NCBI GenBank assembly: GCA_003151615.1
Contig: PLXZ01000001.1
Coordinates: 352,124 to 416,123, forward strand
Length of the DNA: 64,000 nt
Direction: 5' to 3'
From: Candidatus Tayloriibacteriota bacterium
GTDB taxonomy: Bacteria > Patescibacteriota > Minisyncoccia > Phycocordibacterales > PALSA-1337
Within the stretch, counting starts at the first letter, position 1, and every line of letters begins with the position of its first letter. Below, one piece after another: positions 1-9,673 of the stretch. The position numbers and the translations under genes were made by a program. Below the pieces are notes generated by a model. It had not been told where the DNA came from. It saw only the letters and a program-made list of their open reading frames with translations, and did no database searches.

Positions 1-688
1 ATGACGATGATGCAGACGAGGGTTATGCTATCGTTTGGCAGTTTTTCCCACAGGGTGCTAATGATCCGGGACAATTGGTCGGCAATGACCAGTTTTTTGA
101 AGAAGCCCCACATGATTCTCTCGAGACCCCTTCTGGCCTTTATCCAATTGAAGCTGTGGCCGAGCGAAAGTTGGGGAAGGAGATGCTGAGGACGTTCGAT
201 AGGTCCCGCGACAAGTTGGGGAAAGAACATGACGTAGAGGGCGTAGGTCAGATAATTTCGTTCAGGCTTGTATTTTTTCCGATACACCTCGACGATGTAG
301 CCGAGGCTCTGGAATACATGAAAAGAAAGTCCCAATGGCAGGACGATTTGAAGAAGAAACGGCGAATAATTAAAATCGAGGGCGTGCGCCAGAGCCGTGA
401 CGTTTTCGTTGAAGAAATTGAAATATTTGAAGAAGAAGAGCGTGCCGACGTTTGTGATGACGCTTATTACCACAAACCATTTTCTCTTTCTGCCATCGTT
501 GCGCTCGATGGCGAATGCCAGGAAATAGTCGACGGTAATGAGGAAAAAAAGAATCAGAATATACTTCGGAACGAACGACATGTAGAAATAACAGCTGGCG
601 ACGAGCAGAAATATGCGGCGGTAACCCGCGGGGATGATCCAATAGCAGATGAAGACGACGGGGAGAAATATTAAATATGAAAGTGAAT
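1..688 (-). CDS. MBOAT-family membrane O-acyltransferase (DltB/AlgI-like). N-terminal ~229 aa lie in the window; the C-terminus runs off the window start.
   Basis: Hand translation of the minus strand from the ATG at 686-688 gives MLFDSLSYLIFLPVVFICYWIIPAGYRRIFLLVASCYFYMSF...YVMFFPQLVAGPIERPQHLLPQL... with no stops to position 1. This is hydrophobic and multi-TM, with the FFPQLVAGPIERP stretch typical of AlgI/DltB MBOAT proteins. It is not in the supplied ORF track, presumably because it has no stop in the window. It starts 20 nt downstream of the SDR stop. Confidence 0.7.
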
Positions 689-708
689 CGAAAAGCATGC
701 AGTTGGTA

Positions 709-1476
709 TTATGGATTTATGGGAGTGTATTCCTCCGCGACTACATGAGTGAGGATCTGTTCGTCCTGCGCCGCATCACTGCAAAGATATGAAATTTTCT
801 CCGCAATATCAAGGTCGGAGGTCGTTTTTTTCGATGGATTTTTCAATCGGGCCATTTCCTTGAATGCCGCCGGAATGTCGCTGTTCATGCCTCCGGACAT
901 AAAGCCGGGCGCCACGGAATAGACCCTGACATTTGCCGATTTTAATTCCTCCTTCAACATTGTCAAGACTCCCTGCAATGCCCATTTTGCCGGAATATAT
1001 GCGCCAAGTCCGCGGCCAAATTGAGGCGAGATAACACCGACTGTCGTGATTCCGACGAGCACACCCGTTTTTTGTTTTTGCAAAAGTTTTCCGCACTGTG
1101 AAAGCACATTGAAACTGCCCATGAGATTCGTTTCCAGTTGACGTTCCATTTCATCGGCCGAAGTGTCGAGCAATGATTTTCTGTCGGGCTTCAAACCGGC
1201 GGCGTGCACGCATGCATAGGGAAGTCCCATCTCTTTTTCAATCAAGCCAAGGGTGGCGGCAACTTCCGAAGCATTTTTCATATCGCAACGATATGCGCGA
1301 TGACCTTCTCCCGCGAGTGTTTTGATAAAATGAGCGGCGTCTTTTTCCGTCGAATGATGAAACAATGTGACTATTGTCATGCCGTCCTGCGCCAGCCGCG
1401 TCGCGACGGCTTTGCCTGCATACCCCAGTGCTCCGGAAACAACGGCTATGCGATTTTTTCCGTTTACTTTTTGCAT
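709..1476 (-). CDS. Short-chain dehydrogenase/reductase (3-oxoacyl-ACP-reductase-like)
   Basis: 255 aa. N-terminal Gly-rich Rossmann segment VVSGALGYAGKAV and a YxxxK catalytic pair (AYIPAKWAL). Sits in an operon with the ACP and the FkbH-like gene. Confidence 0.7.
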   Translation of the reverse strand: MQKVNGKNRIAVVSGALGYAGKAVATRLAQDGMTIVTLFHHSTEKDAAHFIKTLAGEGHRAYRCDMKNASEVAATLGLIEKEMGLPYACVHAAGLKPDRKSLLDTSADEMERQLETNLMGSFNVLSQCGKLLQKQKTGVLVGITTVGVISPQFGRGLGAYIPAKWALQGVLTMLKEELKSANVRVYSVAPGFMSGGMNSDIPAAFKEMARLKNPSKKTTSDLDIAEKISYLCSDAAQDEQILTHVVAEEYTPINP

Positions 1477-1486
1477 GCCATTATTT

Positions 1487-1711
1487 TTATTTTTTCTGGC
1501 GGTCGACTATTTTCCGTATGTCTCCGATTGATTTGGCGTTCGTCACTTCGTCCATGGTAAAGGACACGCCGTATTCCTTTTCAAGTTCGGCTATGAACAT
1601 GAGGTAGTTCATTGAATCCCAGTCGGGAATATCCTGCGGAGTCAGGTCGTCGCGGATGACAGCAGGATCAATTTTCAGTATTTTTGACGCAATCGCATTA
1701 AATTTTTCCAT
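1487..1711 (-). CDS. Acyl carrier protein (DltC/ACP-like)
   Basis: 74 aa, acidic, with the DWDSMNYL motif containing the conserved Ser for phosphopantetheinylation. Its end overlaps the FkbH-like gene. Confidence 0.7.
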   Translation of the reverse strand: MEKFNAIASKILKIDPAVIRDDLTPQDIPDWDSMNYLMFIAELEKEYGVSFTMDEVTNAKSIGDIRKIVDRQKK

Positions 1712-2792
1712 GTTTTGTTTGTACCCAGCGCGGAGCCGAGATTTTATTTGTGACTTTTACCGTTCCGTTTTTAAAATTGGCCTCGATGAAGGTCTTGGCC
1801 GGGGCATTTTTCTCGCTTTCCTTGAAGGAAATTGAAATGTCAGAAGCCCCCTCATTGTATGCTTTCTTCATGATTTCCGCAAAAAAGGCGTCTTCCACGC
1901 CCCGCCCGAAGACGCGGCAACTCATAAGGAGCGATTTGATGTGCCAGTTTTTTCCATCAGCATTTTTGGCGCCGTCCTTTTTACCGTTCTTGTTTTTTTC
2001 AATCACCGCGGAAATAATCAAGCCGCTGTCGCCGAATTTGTCGGACAATTTTCCGTGCAAAACTGTGTGCGAAGGGTCGCGCATGAATTGCTTCATTTGT
2101 TCCTCCGTGAATGGCTGTTTGAGATTGTTGAATTGATTTGTCTTTTCGGAGAGTTGTGACAGGCGGGGAATGGAGCTCTCATCGTTTTCATGGATGAGCA
2201 GTTCAAGGTCCAGGGATTGGAGAAAATCTTCTTTGTTTGTGTGTGACTTTTCCTCTTCTTTTCGTAGGCGTTCTGTTACGTACAGATTTCCGCGCATTTT
2301 ATCCTCGTCAGTAATTACTTTTGAATCGAAGTAGGTGAGGGAATTAAGGAATCGCGCGTATTGGCGCGGATCGGCCGGCAGTTCAGGCACTTCAACTTCA
2401 GGGACAAGAGCCTTTACCATTTCGCGATTCGTGGAATCGTCATCAAGGAAAACCATGGAATCAAGTCCGATGTTCAGTTCCTTCGCCAGTTCGCGGATGT
2501 TGGCCGCCTTGTCGTTCCAGTTGATGCGATGCGCGGCAAAATGGTTCTCTTTCAGTATCATATTCGGGTGAGTTTTGATGACCTGCCATGCGTCGGCGGG
2601 ATTGTTGCGGCTGTTGATCGCCAAAATGATGCCGCGGTCATACAGGTCAAGTATCGCCTGCTGGAACGCCAAAAAACTGTTTCCGGGTGCGGTGACCGAA
2701 AGCTGGATATTTTCCATGCCGTCTTCGCCGATGATTCCTCCCCAGAGGGTGTTGTCCAGATCAAGAACCAGGCATTTTTTCATAGTTGCCAT
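1698..2792 (-). CDS. FkbH-like HAD-superfamily (IIIC) phosphatase / ACP-loading enzyme
   Basis: 364 aa. N-terminal LVLDLDNTLWGG, the HAD motif I characteristic of FkbH-domain proteins. Adjacent to an ACP. Confidence 0.65.
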   Translation of the reverse strand: MATMKKCLVLDLDNTLWGGIIGEDGMENIQLSVTAPGNSFLAFQQAILDLYDRGIILAINSRNNPADAWQVIKTHPNMILKENHFAAHRINWNDKAANIRELAKELNIGLDSMVFLDDDSTNREMVKALVPEVEVPELPADPRQYARFLNSLTYFDSKVITDEDKMRGNLYVTERLRKEEEKSHTNKEDFLQSLDLELLIHENDESSIPRLSQLSEKTNQFNNLKQPFTEEQMKQFMRDPSHTVLHGKLSDKFGDSGLIISAVIEKNKNGKKDGAKNADGKNWHIKSLLMSCRVFGRGVEDAFFAEIMKKAYNEGASDISISFKESEKNAPAKTFIEANFKNGTVKVTNKISAPRWVQTKHGKI

Positions 2793-2812
2793 ATTTTAAG
2801 GCAAAAATCAGG

Positions 2813-3169
2813 TTAAGGCAATTGCAGGGCGATCGCGCCGGCGATATTTTTGGTGTGTGAAATTGAAAGGGATACGTTGACGCGTTTTCCGTTTTTGTAT
2901 GCGACGGGCATGCCGCTTTTTTCATGACGGATTTCGATTTCGACGAAGGGATATTTGGCGGTGCCGAGCGCTTTGCTCGCCGCTTCTTTTGCCGCGAATA
3001 TACCGGCCAAATGCGTTTCAGGATTTTTATATGCGAAGCAATAGTCAATTTCGTGGGCGGAAAAGACTTTTTTCAAGAAGGCCGATTCTTTTGCGCGGGC
3101 ATGTTTTTTGAAACGGCTTATTTCCACGAGGTCAAAGCCGATGTTTCTTTTTTGCGTCATGATTTTCAT
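2813..3169 (-). CDS. acpS: Holo-[acyl-carrier-protein] synthase (4'-phosphopantetheinyl transferase)
   Basis: 118 aa. NIGFDLVEISRF N-terminal motif and the size typical of AcpS. Confidence 0.7.
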   Translation of the reverse strand: MKIMTQKRNIGFDLVEISRFKKHARAKESAFLKKVFSAHEIDYCFAYKNPETHLAGIFAAKEAASKALGTAKYPFVEIEIRHEKSGMPVAYKNGKRVNVSLSISHTKNIAGAIALQLP

Positions 3170-3183
3170 ATACTATCAGAAAT

Positions 3184-3963
3184 CTATTTTACGAACCAAA
3201 AACAGCCGCAGGCGTAGTGTTCGGCGTCGGCCATTTTTGGGTCGGCGTTGGCGATGAGACCGCCCGAACTTTCTTTAATAAGTGAAAATTCCTTCAACTT
3301 TAATGCATTCGGACCTTTCGTGAACATATCCATAATCTGGGCGTAGGAATAAATGCGGTGTGCATTGAATTCGATGATTGGCTTGCCGACGGGGGTGACG
3401 AAAAGAAGCGAACCGCCGCGGGCGACGACGCGTTTTAGTTCTTCAATTGCCTTTATGTCGCCATTCGGGTCAATCGGATCGCCGTAGCGTCCGAGGCCGA
3501 TATGTTCAACGGTATGCATGCATGAAATGGATTCAACGCTGTCGGCGGCGAAGGGAAGTTTCATTAAATCGCCTTTATGACTGGTGAGGCCGTCGAGCCC
3601 TGACAATTCTGCCGGGCGATAATCATAGAATTCAGTCGGAATGAATGCCGACATATGCGTGCAGAAATAGAGGCTCGAACTTATGTCGATATGTTTTTTC
3701 GGATTGATGTCGCGGACTTTTCGGATGGCCCATGCCGTATGATAGACATAGTGTCGATCGAAACTTGTCGTAATAGTTTTATCTTTTATTTGAGGATGCG
3801 CATCGCGGAGCGATAATTTGAAACGTTTTTCACCCGGAGCCTTTTTAAATCGTATATAGTCGCCGATAATAAACGGAGTCAGAATAATTCGCATCGATTT
3901 TTTTATGAAAGGTTTAAGTCGATTCATTTGCGTATTATTTAAGGGGAGTGTACTCGCGGACAT
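3184..3963 (-). CDS. Putative SAM-dependent methyltransferase (DUF268-like)
   Basis: 259 aa, resembling the DUF268 / class I methyltransferase family. Weak call from composition and context only. Confidence 0.35.
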   Translation of the reverse strand: MSASTLPLNNTQMNRLKPFIKKSMRIILTPFIIGDYIRFKKAPGEKRFKLSLRDAHPQIKDKTITTSFDRHYVYHTAWAIRKVRDINPKKHIDISSSLYFCTHMSAFIPTEFYDYRPAELSGLDGLTSHKGDLMKLPFAADSVESISCMHTVEHIGLGRYGDPIDPNGDIKAIEELKRVVARGGSLLFVTPVGKPIIEFNAHRIYSYAQIMDMFTKGPNALKLKEFSLIKESSGGLIANADPKMADAEHYACGCFWFVK

Positions 3964-4654
3964 TTATGTCGAGTACTCTCGCCGCCGTATCCTGATAAAT
4001 GGTATTCACAACGGTATTCGCAACAGGTTTGTATCCAATCGATTCCATGTACGGGTTGAAAATATCATCATAACGTTGGCCAAGTTCAGATCGTTTGTAT
4101 TCAAGTGTTTCGATCACGATAAAATGTGGTCGGTATTTGTTCCAATCATTGCTTTTCAAAACTTCCATATCGTAACCTTCGGTATCGAGCGTCATCACGT
4201 CAACGTTTTTTCCTGAAGGAATATTGTTTTTGAAAATAGTTGAGAGCGGCTTGACCGGAACATCAATCGTATCAATCAATTTGTGGCCCATGTTTTTGTT
4301 TTTCTCGGCAAAAGCATAATCGAATGTATTGAGAGTGTCCTCATCGAATCGGTAATATTTCATGGATGTTTCTTTTGGGCCCACACCAATTGCAAGATTT
4401 ATGTCTCGCGCGCGTTTCTTTTTGAAAGCACCGATTTTTTTAAGATTTGGTTCTATGTTGATGCCGTGCCAGCCGGATTTATATAGAAGATACGTATTAT
4501 TAAATTTTTTTGGATGATTCGCACCGATATCGATATACATGCCGTCCTTTTTTCCTTCAAGAAGCAGGGATAAGATCAAATCTTCTCCGAGTTGGCTGTG
4601 GATGATTTGTATTCCGAAGAGGCGGAAGATAACCTTGCTGAAGAGTGATGTCAT
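3935..4654 (-). CDS. FkbM-family methyltransferase
   Basis: 239 aa. YIDIGANHPKKFNNTYLL, the DIGAN.G motif of FkbM-domain methyltransferases. Confidence 0.6.
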   Translation of the reverse strand: MTSLFSKVIFRLFGIQIIHSQLGEDLILSLLLEGKKDGMYIDIGANHPKKFNNTYLLYKSGWHGINIEPNLKKIGAFKKKRARDINLAIGVGPKETSMKYYRFDEDTLNTFDYAFAEKNKNMGHKLIDTIDVPVKPLSTIFKNNIPSGKNVDVMTLDTEGYDMEVLKSNDWNKYRPHFIVIETLEYKRSELGQRYDDIFNPYMESIGYKPVANTVVNTIYQDTAARVLDINVREYTPLK

Positions 4655-4666
4655 GCGAGTATAGTA

Positions 4667-5614
4667 CTATTTCCGGCCGATTATCTCAAGAAATCTTTGT
4701 GCGCTCCGTATATCGGTTAGATTTTTCATACAGTATATTCGAGGGGTGAATTTCGGAAGTTGTTGCAGAAATTTTTTGAAGTCGGGTTTGAAATCGACAG
4801 CGGTTGTGAACGTCATTCCCGATTCCGGGCTGAGGTACGGTGAACTTATCAATGAATCCTTCCAAGAATATTTTTGATATTTCCAGACTCCCGGATTCCA
4901 GACGAGCGTCGGTACGTCGCGAATCCATGCTTCCTGAAGGGCAATGCCTTGGCTTTCGGAAGGGGAAAGGTAAATCATCCAGTCGGCCTTTTCAAGCGCA
5001 GAGAAATAATCAGATTGCCTGAAATTTCCGTATTCAAAAATGGTATGGTTTATTTTTTTTGCCTCAAGTTCGCGTGCGACCGTTTCTCTGATTTCAGGTG
5101 TAACTGATTTACAATAAATAATGCCATGGCCATTTTTTCGATTGCTTGCGGGGACATCTGAACGTACGCCGGCCGGCCAGACTTCAATTTTGTTTTTAAA
5201 ATAAGGGTCGATGCTGGAGAAAAAATCCTTCGTCCATTGGCCGGGAAATACAATCGTATCGATGAGAGGATTTTTGAGAATCGAATTATGGTCTTCGGGC
5301 ACGACGGATATTGCGGGTCCAGCGATGAGCCGAGCAATTTTACCTTTCCGTTTTAATTTTAAAGCCCATTGCAGGGTGCGTGCCCCGCTCACCACGTGGA
5401 CGATGAAATCTTTTTCGATTTGGTGTGGCATTGAGTGCGGAACGAAGAAAGGATTGAGTCGGTGCGGAACGCCAAGCTCAATGAGTCCACGTGATAGGCT
5501 TTGCGCCACCATTTCGGGTCCGCGTCGTTTGCCGGTGATTTTTCCGGCATAATATTTGAGCCATTCGCTGTTGAACGGATGGAAGCCAATCGGTTTTGTA
5601 AGAATTATTATCAT
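4667..5614 (-). CDS. Putative glycosyltransferase (GT-B-like), function unknown
   Basis: 315 aa. C-terminal SESQGIALQEAW resembles the E-x7-E region of GT-B glycosyltransferases. Sits in the glycan locus. Confidence 0.35.
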   Translation of the reverse strand: MIIILTKPIGFHPFNSEWLKYYAGKITGKRRGPEMVAQSLSRGLIELGVPHRLNPFFVPHSMPHQIEKDFIVHVVSGARTLQWALKLKRKGKIARLIAGPAISVVPEDHNSILKNPLIDTIVFPGQWTKDFFSSIDPYFKNKIEVWPAGVRSDVPASNRKNGHGIIYCKSVTPEIRETVARELEAKKINHTIFEYGNFRQSDYFSALEKADWMIYLSPSESQGIALQEAWIRDVPTLVWNPGVWKYQKYSWKDSLISSPYLSPESGMTFTTAVDFKPDFKKFLQQLPKFTPRIYCMKNLTDIRSAQRFLEIIGRK

Positions 5615-7350
5615 GAAAATTTTATTAGTTTTCTCCGTATCTTTTTTATTTTAAGATGCACCCAAATAGCCCAGACGCGTACATTTTGTGTGTAATGCAT
5701 TGAAGTAAACCGCCTTCTCCATGGATGAGGAAATGGATTTCTAAAGACATCCCGATAAATATCAATAAAATTATCCATCTGTTTATGAAGCTCATATTTT
5801 TCCGCAAACCTTCGCTTTGCTTTTTTGCGCATGTCTGCGTGGTATGCCGGATCATCAAAATGATGCTTAAGTTCAGTCGCGTAGGCGTCAACAGTATCAA
5901 CAACTTTTCCTGCATATCCGATGCATTCGGCATGGCCGTTGTTGACAGGGGAGATATGGCTTACGATCGGTGTTCCGAAATATAATGCCTCGGCCATAGC
6001 CTGCGAGTTGACTTCTCCGTCGCGTCTGCCATGTGCGTATACGTCCAATGTATTGAGGAATTTAAAAATTTTCTCCGAGTCACCGGTGGCCGGTAAGAAA
6101 AAAATATGCTTAATGCCGAGCTTCGTGGCCTGTTTCCGATATAATTCTGAACCCCCGAGCATAATATAAGCTGTTTTGTCATTTTCAATTCTGGCATATG
6201 CGGCGAGCGGAATTTCCGAATATGTATTATTGTCAGGTCGCTGGTGCATGCCAAAAATAAAGGTTTTCTCCAGACCCAGTTCTTTGCGGAAATTGCCGTA
6301 GTCTTTCGCCTCGATGCTTATAGGCAAAGATACAAGTACAATCCTGCTTTTATCACCCCCTCTTTTTATCCAGCCATCGGCGCTCCATTGGCAAATATGC
6401 ATAACACGGGAAATATTGAACTGATTATCAGAGCCGGATGCCAAGTGAAGCGAATCGACAATTGATGTTTTTCTGATCTTGGTAAAAGGGTATTCCTTGT
6501 GTCCTGCTTTACCTGTCTGGATAATATCATATTTTGTTTCATCAAATGTTTCCCAGAAATTAGTGTCAATCCATCGGTGTGTCGGCACAGTTATATCCTT
6601 GGCACCGACGTGGAATTCAATCAGATTGACTCCATGATCTTTCATAAATTGCACACGAAACGGATCGGTATCCATATGCCGATAATCAGAACCGACATAA
6701 GGCGCAGTTCCGCAATAATAGTAGTCGACTTCAAACTCGTTTTTTGGCAGATTGGCTGCGATAATCTGGAGAAATTTTTCCGTTCCACCCGCAGAGAGTC
6801 CACCGAATTTTATGAAGGCAATACGGATTTTTTTATTTTTCGTATTTTTTAACGAAGGTATTATGAAGTTAAGAGTCTCCAGTGGTTTATTCGCAGTTAT
6901 ATGGATTTGCGTGCCGATGCCGAAGTTTTTTGCCATTTGAAGGTCTTCTATGCTATCGCTGATAAATAATGACTGAGCAAGATCAATTGGATATTTTTTT
7001 AGGCATGTTTTAAGCATACCAGGTTTTGGTTTACGACAGTCGCATATATTTTTTTCATGTGGGCAATAAATGACATCAAGTAATTTAATATCATGTACTT
7101 CAAATTGTTTTTCCATATGACTATGGATTTTAAGTAAATCTTTTTCAGACATAAGGCCGCGGGCGATACCTCGCTGATTGGTAACAATGATAAATTCAAA
7201 ATTTTGCACTGCAAGATTTTTGAGTACCTCAATAATGCCAGGATTTAGGACGAAATCCTCGGTCTTGGTGATATAACAATGCGGTGCCGGAAGACGGTTG
7301 ATTACGCCGTCGCGATCAAGAAAGGCTATTTTTTTGCGGTTTTTTTCCAT
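5611..7350 (-). CDS. Bifunctional HAD phosphatase (GmhB-like D,D-heptose 1,7-bisphosphate phosphatase) fused to a glycosyltransferase-like domain
   Basis: 579 aa. N-terminus FLDRDGVIN...VTNQ...CDCRKPKPGML matches the GmhB/HisB-type HAD phosphatase, with the DxDGV motif and the zinc-binding CxC. The C-terminal ~400 aa is a separate sugar-transferase-like domain. Confidence 0.55.
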   Translation of the reverse strand: MEKNRKKIAFLDRDGVINRLPAPHCYITKTEDFVLNPGIIEVLKNLAVQNFEFIIVTNQRGIARGLMSEKDLLKIHSHMEKQFEVHDIKLLDVIYCPHEKNICDCRKPKPGMLKTCLKKYPIDLAQSLFISDSIEDLQMAKNFGIGTQIHITANKPLETLNFIIPSLKNTKNKKIRIAFIKFGGLSAGGTEKFLQIIAANLPKNEFEVDYYYCGTAPYVGSDYRHMDTDPFRVQFMKDHGVNLIEFHVGAKDITVPTHRWIDTNFWETFDETKYDIIQTGKAGHKEYPFTKIRKTSIVDSLHLASGSDNQFNISRVMHICQWSADGWIKRGGDKSRIVLVSLPISIEAKDYGNFRKELGLEKTFIFGMHQRPDNNTYSEIPLAAYARIENDKTAYIMLGGSELYRKQATKLGIKHIFFLPATGDSEKIFKFLNTLDVYAHGRRDGEVNSQAMAEALYFGTPIVSHISPVNNGHAECIGYAGKVVDTVDAYATELKHHFDDPAYHADMRKKAKRRFAEKYELHKQMDNFIDIYRDVFRNPFPHPWRRRFTSMHYTQNVRVWAIWVHLKIKKIRRKLIKFS

Positions 7351-7945
7351 CTTGTCGAATAATTAAGTCGTTAAAATAATCCTGAAAATATGAAGTGAGA
7401 AGATGGAGAATTGCATGATGGATGCTTTCAACCATTGCGTATGCTCCTTTTCCCGTCTTTACGACCACCTTGGCGTCCGCAAGCTGATTGAGTTTGCCGC
7501 CGTCAAAGCCCGATAATCCGATAACAGGCACATGATTTTTGTTTGCCAGTTCAACCGCCTTGATGACATTGCTAGAATTTCCGGAGCTGCTGATGGCAAT
7601 TAGACAATCTGTTTCCTGTAGATAATTTTGAAGTGGTCCGGCGAATATCATATCGAAGCCGATGTCATTAGCCCATGCTGTAATCTCAGTTTCTGTTGAA
7701 GGTAGTCGTACCGCTTGAAATCTTCGCATCTTTCGGTCAAGATTGTTACCGAATACTGTTTTATTAAAATCTCCTACCCAATGTGTTGCGATTGCTAGAG
7801 AACCTCCATTTCCGAATACATAAATTCGGCCATCCCGTTCGTAGACGGACTTGATAATATTGATGGCACGGGAGATTTCCTCCTTTGGCAGAGCGGCCAG
7901 ATGATGTGACAGTTCTTCTGTAAAATTTTCGATATAGTTAAGCAT
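7316..7945 (-). CDS. gmhA: Phosphoheptose isomerase (SIS domain)
   Basis: 209 aa. YVFGNGGSLAIATH, the SIS-domain signature of GmhA. Confidence 0.65.
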   Translation of the reverse strand: MLNYIENFTEELSHHLAALPKEEISRAINIIKSVYERDGRIYVFGNGGSLAIATHWVGDFNKTVFGNNLDRKMRRFQAVRLPSTETEITAWANDIGFDMIFAGPLQNYLQETDCLIAISSSGNSSNVIKAVELANKNHVPVIGLSGFDGGKLNQLADAKVVVKTGKGAYAMVESIHHAILHLLTSYFQDYFNDLIIRQDGKKPQKNSLS

Positions 7946-8957
7946 GATCGTTGTTGGCGGTATTGAAAAGCACGTCTGCCCCTGAATTGGTAAGCATGAA
8001 GTTAATCAGTCGGGAATCTTTAAGACCGAAAGATTCGGCGACAGAAGAAAGTTCCTGCCTGATCGCGGCATGTTTTTTCGGGGGGGCTAGGAAGAGTAGA
8101 CATCCTCCGCCCCCTGCGCCGAGAACCTTGCCGCCCCAGGCACCTTTTCGTAGGGCACTTTCATACAGAGCATCTATTTCACCACCGCTCATTTTCGAGG
8201 AAAGCTTTTTCTTCCATGTCCATGCATGGTGAAGCATTTCTCCAAGGGCTTTGAAATCTCCGGCGATAAGTTTATCCCTGAATTCATAAACGGAATCTGA
8301 CATTTTTTTGTATATTTCAAAATTTTCTTTAATTTTTGATTTTTGTTCCGAAAGAACGCTGCTCGCCGATCGCGTTATTCCCGTATAAAAAAAGAGCATA
8401 TGTTCTTCGAAGTCTGCCTGTGTCTTGAAATCAACAAAAACCGGTTCTACCGTTACCGTATCGTCTTTATTGAATTGAAAGATATTGAGACCACCGTACG
8501 CAACGGCATATTGATCCTGTTTTCCGATAGGTTCCTTAAGGATATCTATTTCTAGTTTACACGCCTCCCGGGCGACTTGCTCTTTGCTGATTTTTTTCCC
8601 TTTATTTGCATACAGTGCTTTTATTAAAGCAACTGAAAAGCTTGAGGATGATCCGAGCCCGGTTTTCGAGGGTAAATCAGCAAATGATGCGATTTCCATA
8701 CCGCCGCTTCTGATCCCGACCTCTTTGAGGGCTTCACGAAATCTGTTGTGTTGGATATCGTCAATATTTTTTACGATCTCGGTTTGAGAATATTTAAGCA
8801 TGAATTCATTAAGAAATTCAGCATGATTGATTACGACGTAGACATATTTATCTATCGTAGTTGAAATAACACGACCAGGGTATTCGCTATAAAAATCCTT
8901 TATGTCCGTTCCTCCTCCAACAAAACTGATCCTCAATGGAGCCCTAGAGATAAGCAT
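7938..8957 (-). CDS. hddA: GHMP kinase, D-glycero-alpha-D-manno-heptose 7-phosphate kinase-like
   Basis: 339 aa. N-terminal PLRISFVGGGTD and a GHMP motif region (SKTGLGSSSS). Confidence 0.6.
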   Translation of the reverse strand: MLISRAPLRISFVGGGTDIKDFYSEYPGRVISTTIDKYVYVVINHAEFLNEFMLKYSQTEIVKNIDDIQHNRFREALKEVGIRSGGMEIASFADLPSKTGLGSSSSFSVALIKALYANKGKKISKEQVAREACKLEIDILKEPIGKQDQYAVAYGGLNIFQFNKDDTVTVEPVFVDFKTQADFEEHMLFFYTGITRSASSVLSEQKSKIKENFEIYKKMSDSVYEFRDKLIAGDFKALGEMLHHAWTWKKKLSSKMSGGEIDALYESALRKGAWGGKVLGAGGGGCLLFLAPPKKHAAIRQELSSVAESFGLKDSRLINFMLTNSGADVLFNTANNDHA

Positions 8958-8999
8958 ATAAGGTGAATTATATGCTTGAGAAATGGCAATGTCAATTAA

Positions 9000-9665
9000 T
9001 TAGCGGCGCTTGAATACGAGAACGTTTGGTTCGAACCAAATGGTCACAAATTTTCCGGAAATTTCTGCCTGATGGATTTCAGATTTCAATGCTTTGGTCC
9101 GAGCCTCGTCGAGGGTAAAATTAACCCGTGCAAATTGTTTTTTCCACCATTCAGGCTTTTGTTCATTAACGTGAGCGGTGCCACCTTGTCCTGGCTGAGC
9201 GGCTGTAAGAACGACAGTGTCCGAAGCGTCAGTCAATATCTTTATATAGTTATTGGTATACAAACGGTCGACATGTTCAGCTACTTCGATCGAGATAGCT
9301 ACATTCCACTTTCGATTGAATGCGTATGGCTTGCGAAGATCGTGCATAACGACAAATTTTTTATCGACTGCTAGGGATTCGAATGCGTGCGGACTACCCT
9401 CCAAACCGAATACATCGGTGATACCATTTTCAAGACAATATTTTAGATAATGTCCCGTTCCGCATCCTATGTCCGCCAAACTGTGAAATCCTACAACTTT
9501 CTGCAGAGCTGGAATAAACCATCCGGCCATCTTCAAGCCTTCCAATTTGTTTTCTTTAAAAAATTCATTGTCGTAAATTTTGAGATTATAGTTATATCCA
9601 AAATGGGTAGACAGGTTGTAAAGTTTCTTTCTGACGTTATAAAAGTGTTGTTTAAGCGAAGTCAT
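9000..9665 (-). CDS. Class I SAM-dependent methyltransferase
   Basis: 221 aa. LADIGCGTGHYL SAM-binding motif I. Confidence 0.55.
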   Translation of the reverse strand: MTSLKQHFYNVRKKLYNLSTHFGYNYNLKIYDNEFFKENKLEGLKMAGWFIPALQKVVGFHSLADIGCGTGHYLKYCLENGITDVFGLEGSPHAFESLAVDKKFVVMHDLRKPYAFNRKWNVAISIEVAEHVDRLYTNNYIKILTDASDTVVLTAAQPGQGGTAHVNEQKPEWWKKQFARVNFTLDEARTKALKSEIHQAEISGKFVTIWFEPNVLVFKRR

Positions 9666-9673
9666 AAAATATT

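Noticed and set aside
75-674. 199-aa plus-strand ORF rich in Glu/Lys/Asp
   Set aside because: It lies antisense to the hand-recovered MBOAT gene; antisense of hydrophobic codons yields charged residues. It has no motifs and runs against the operon direction, so it is a shadow ORF.
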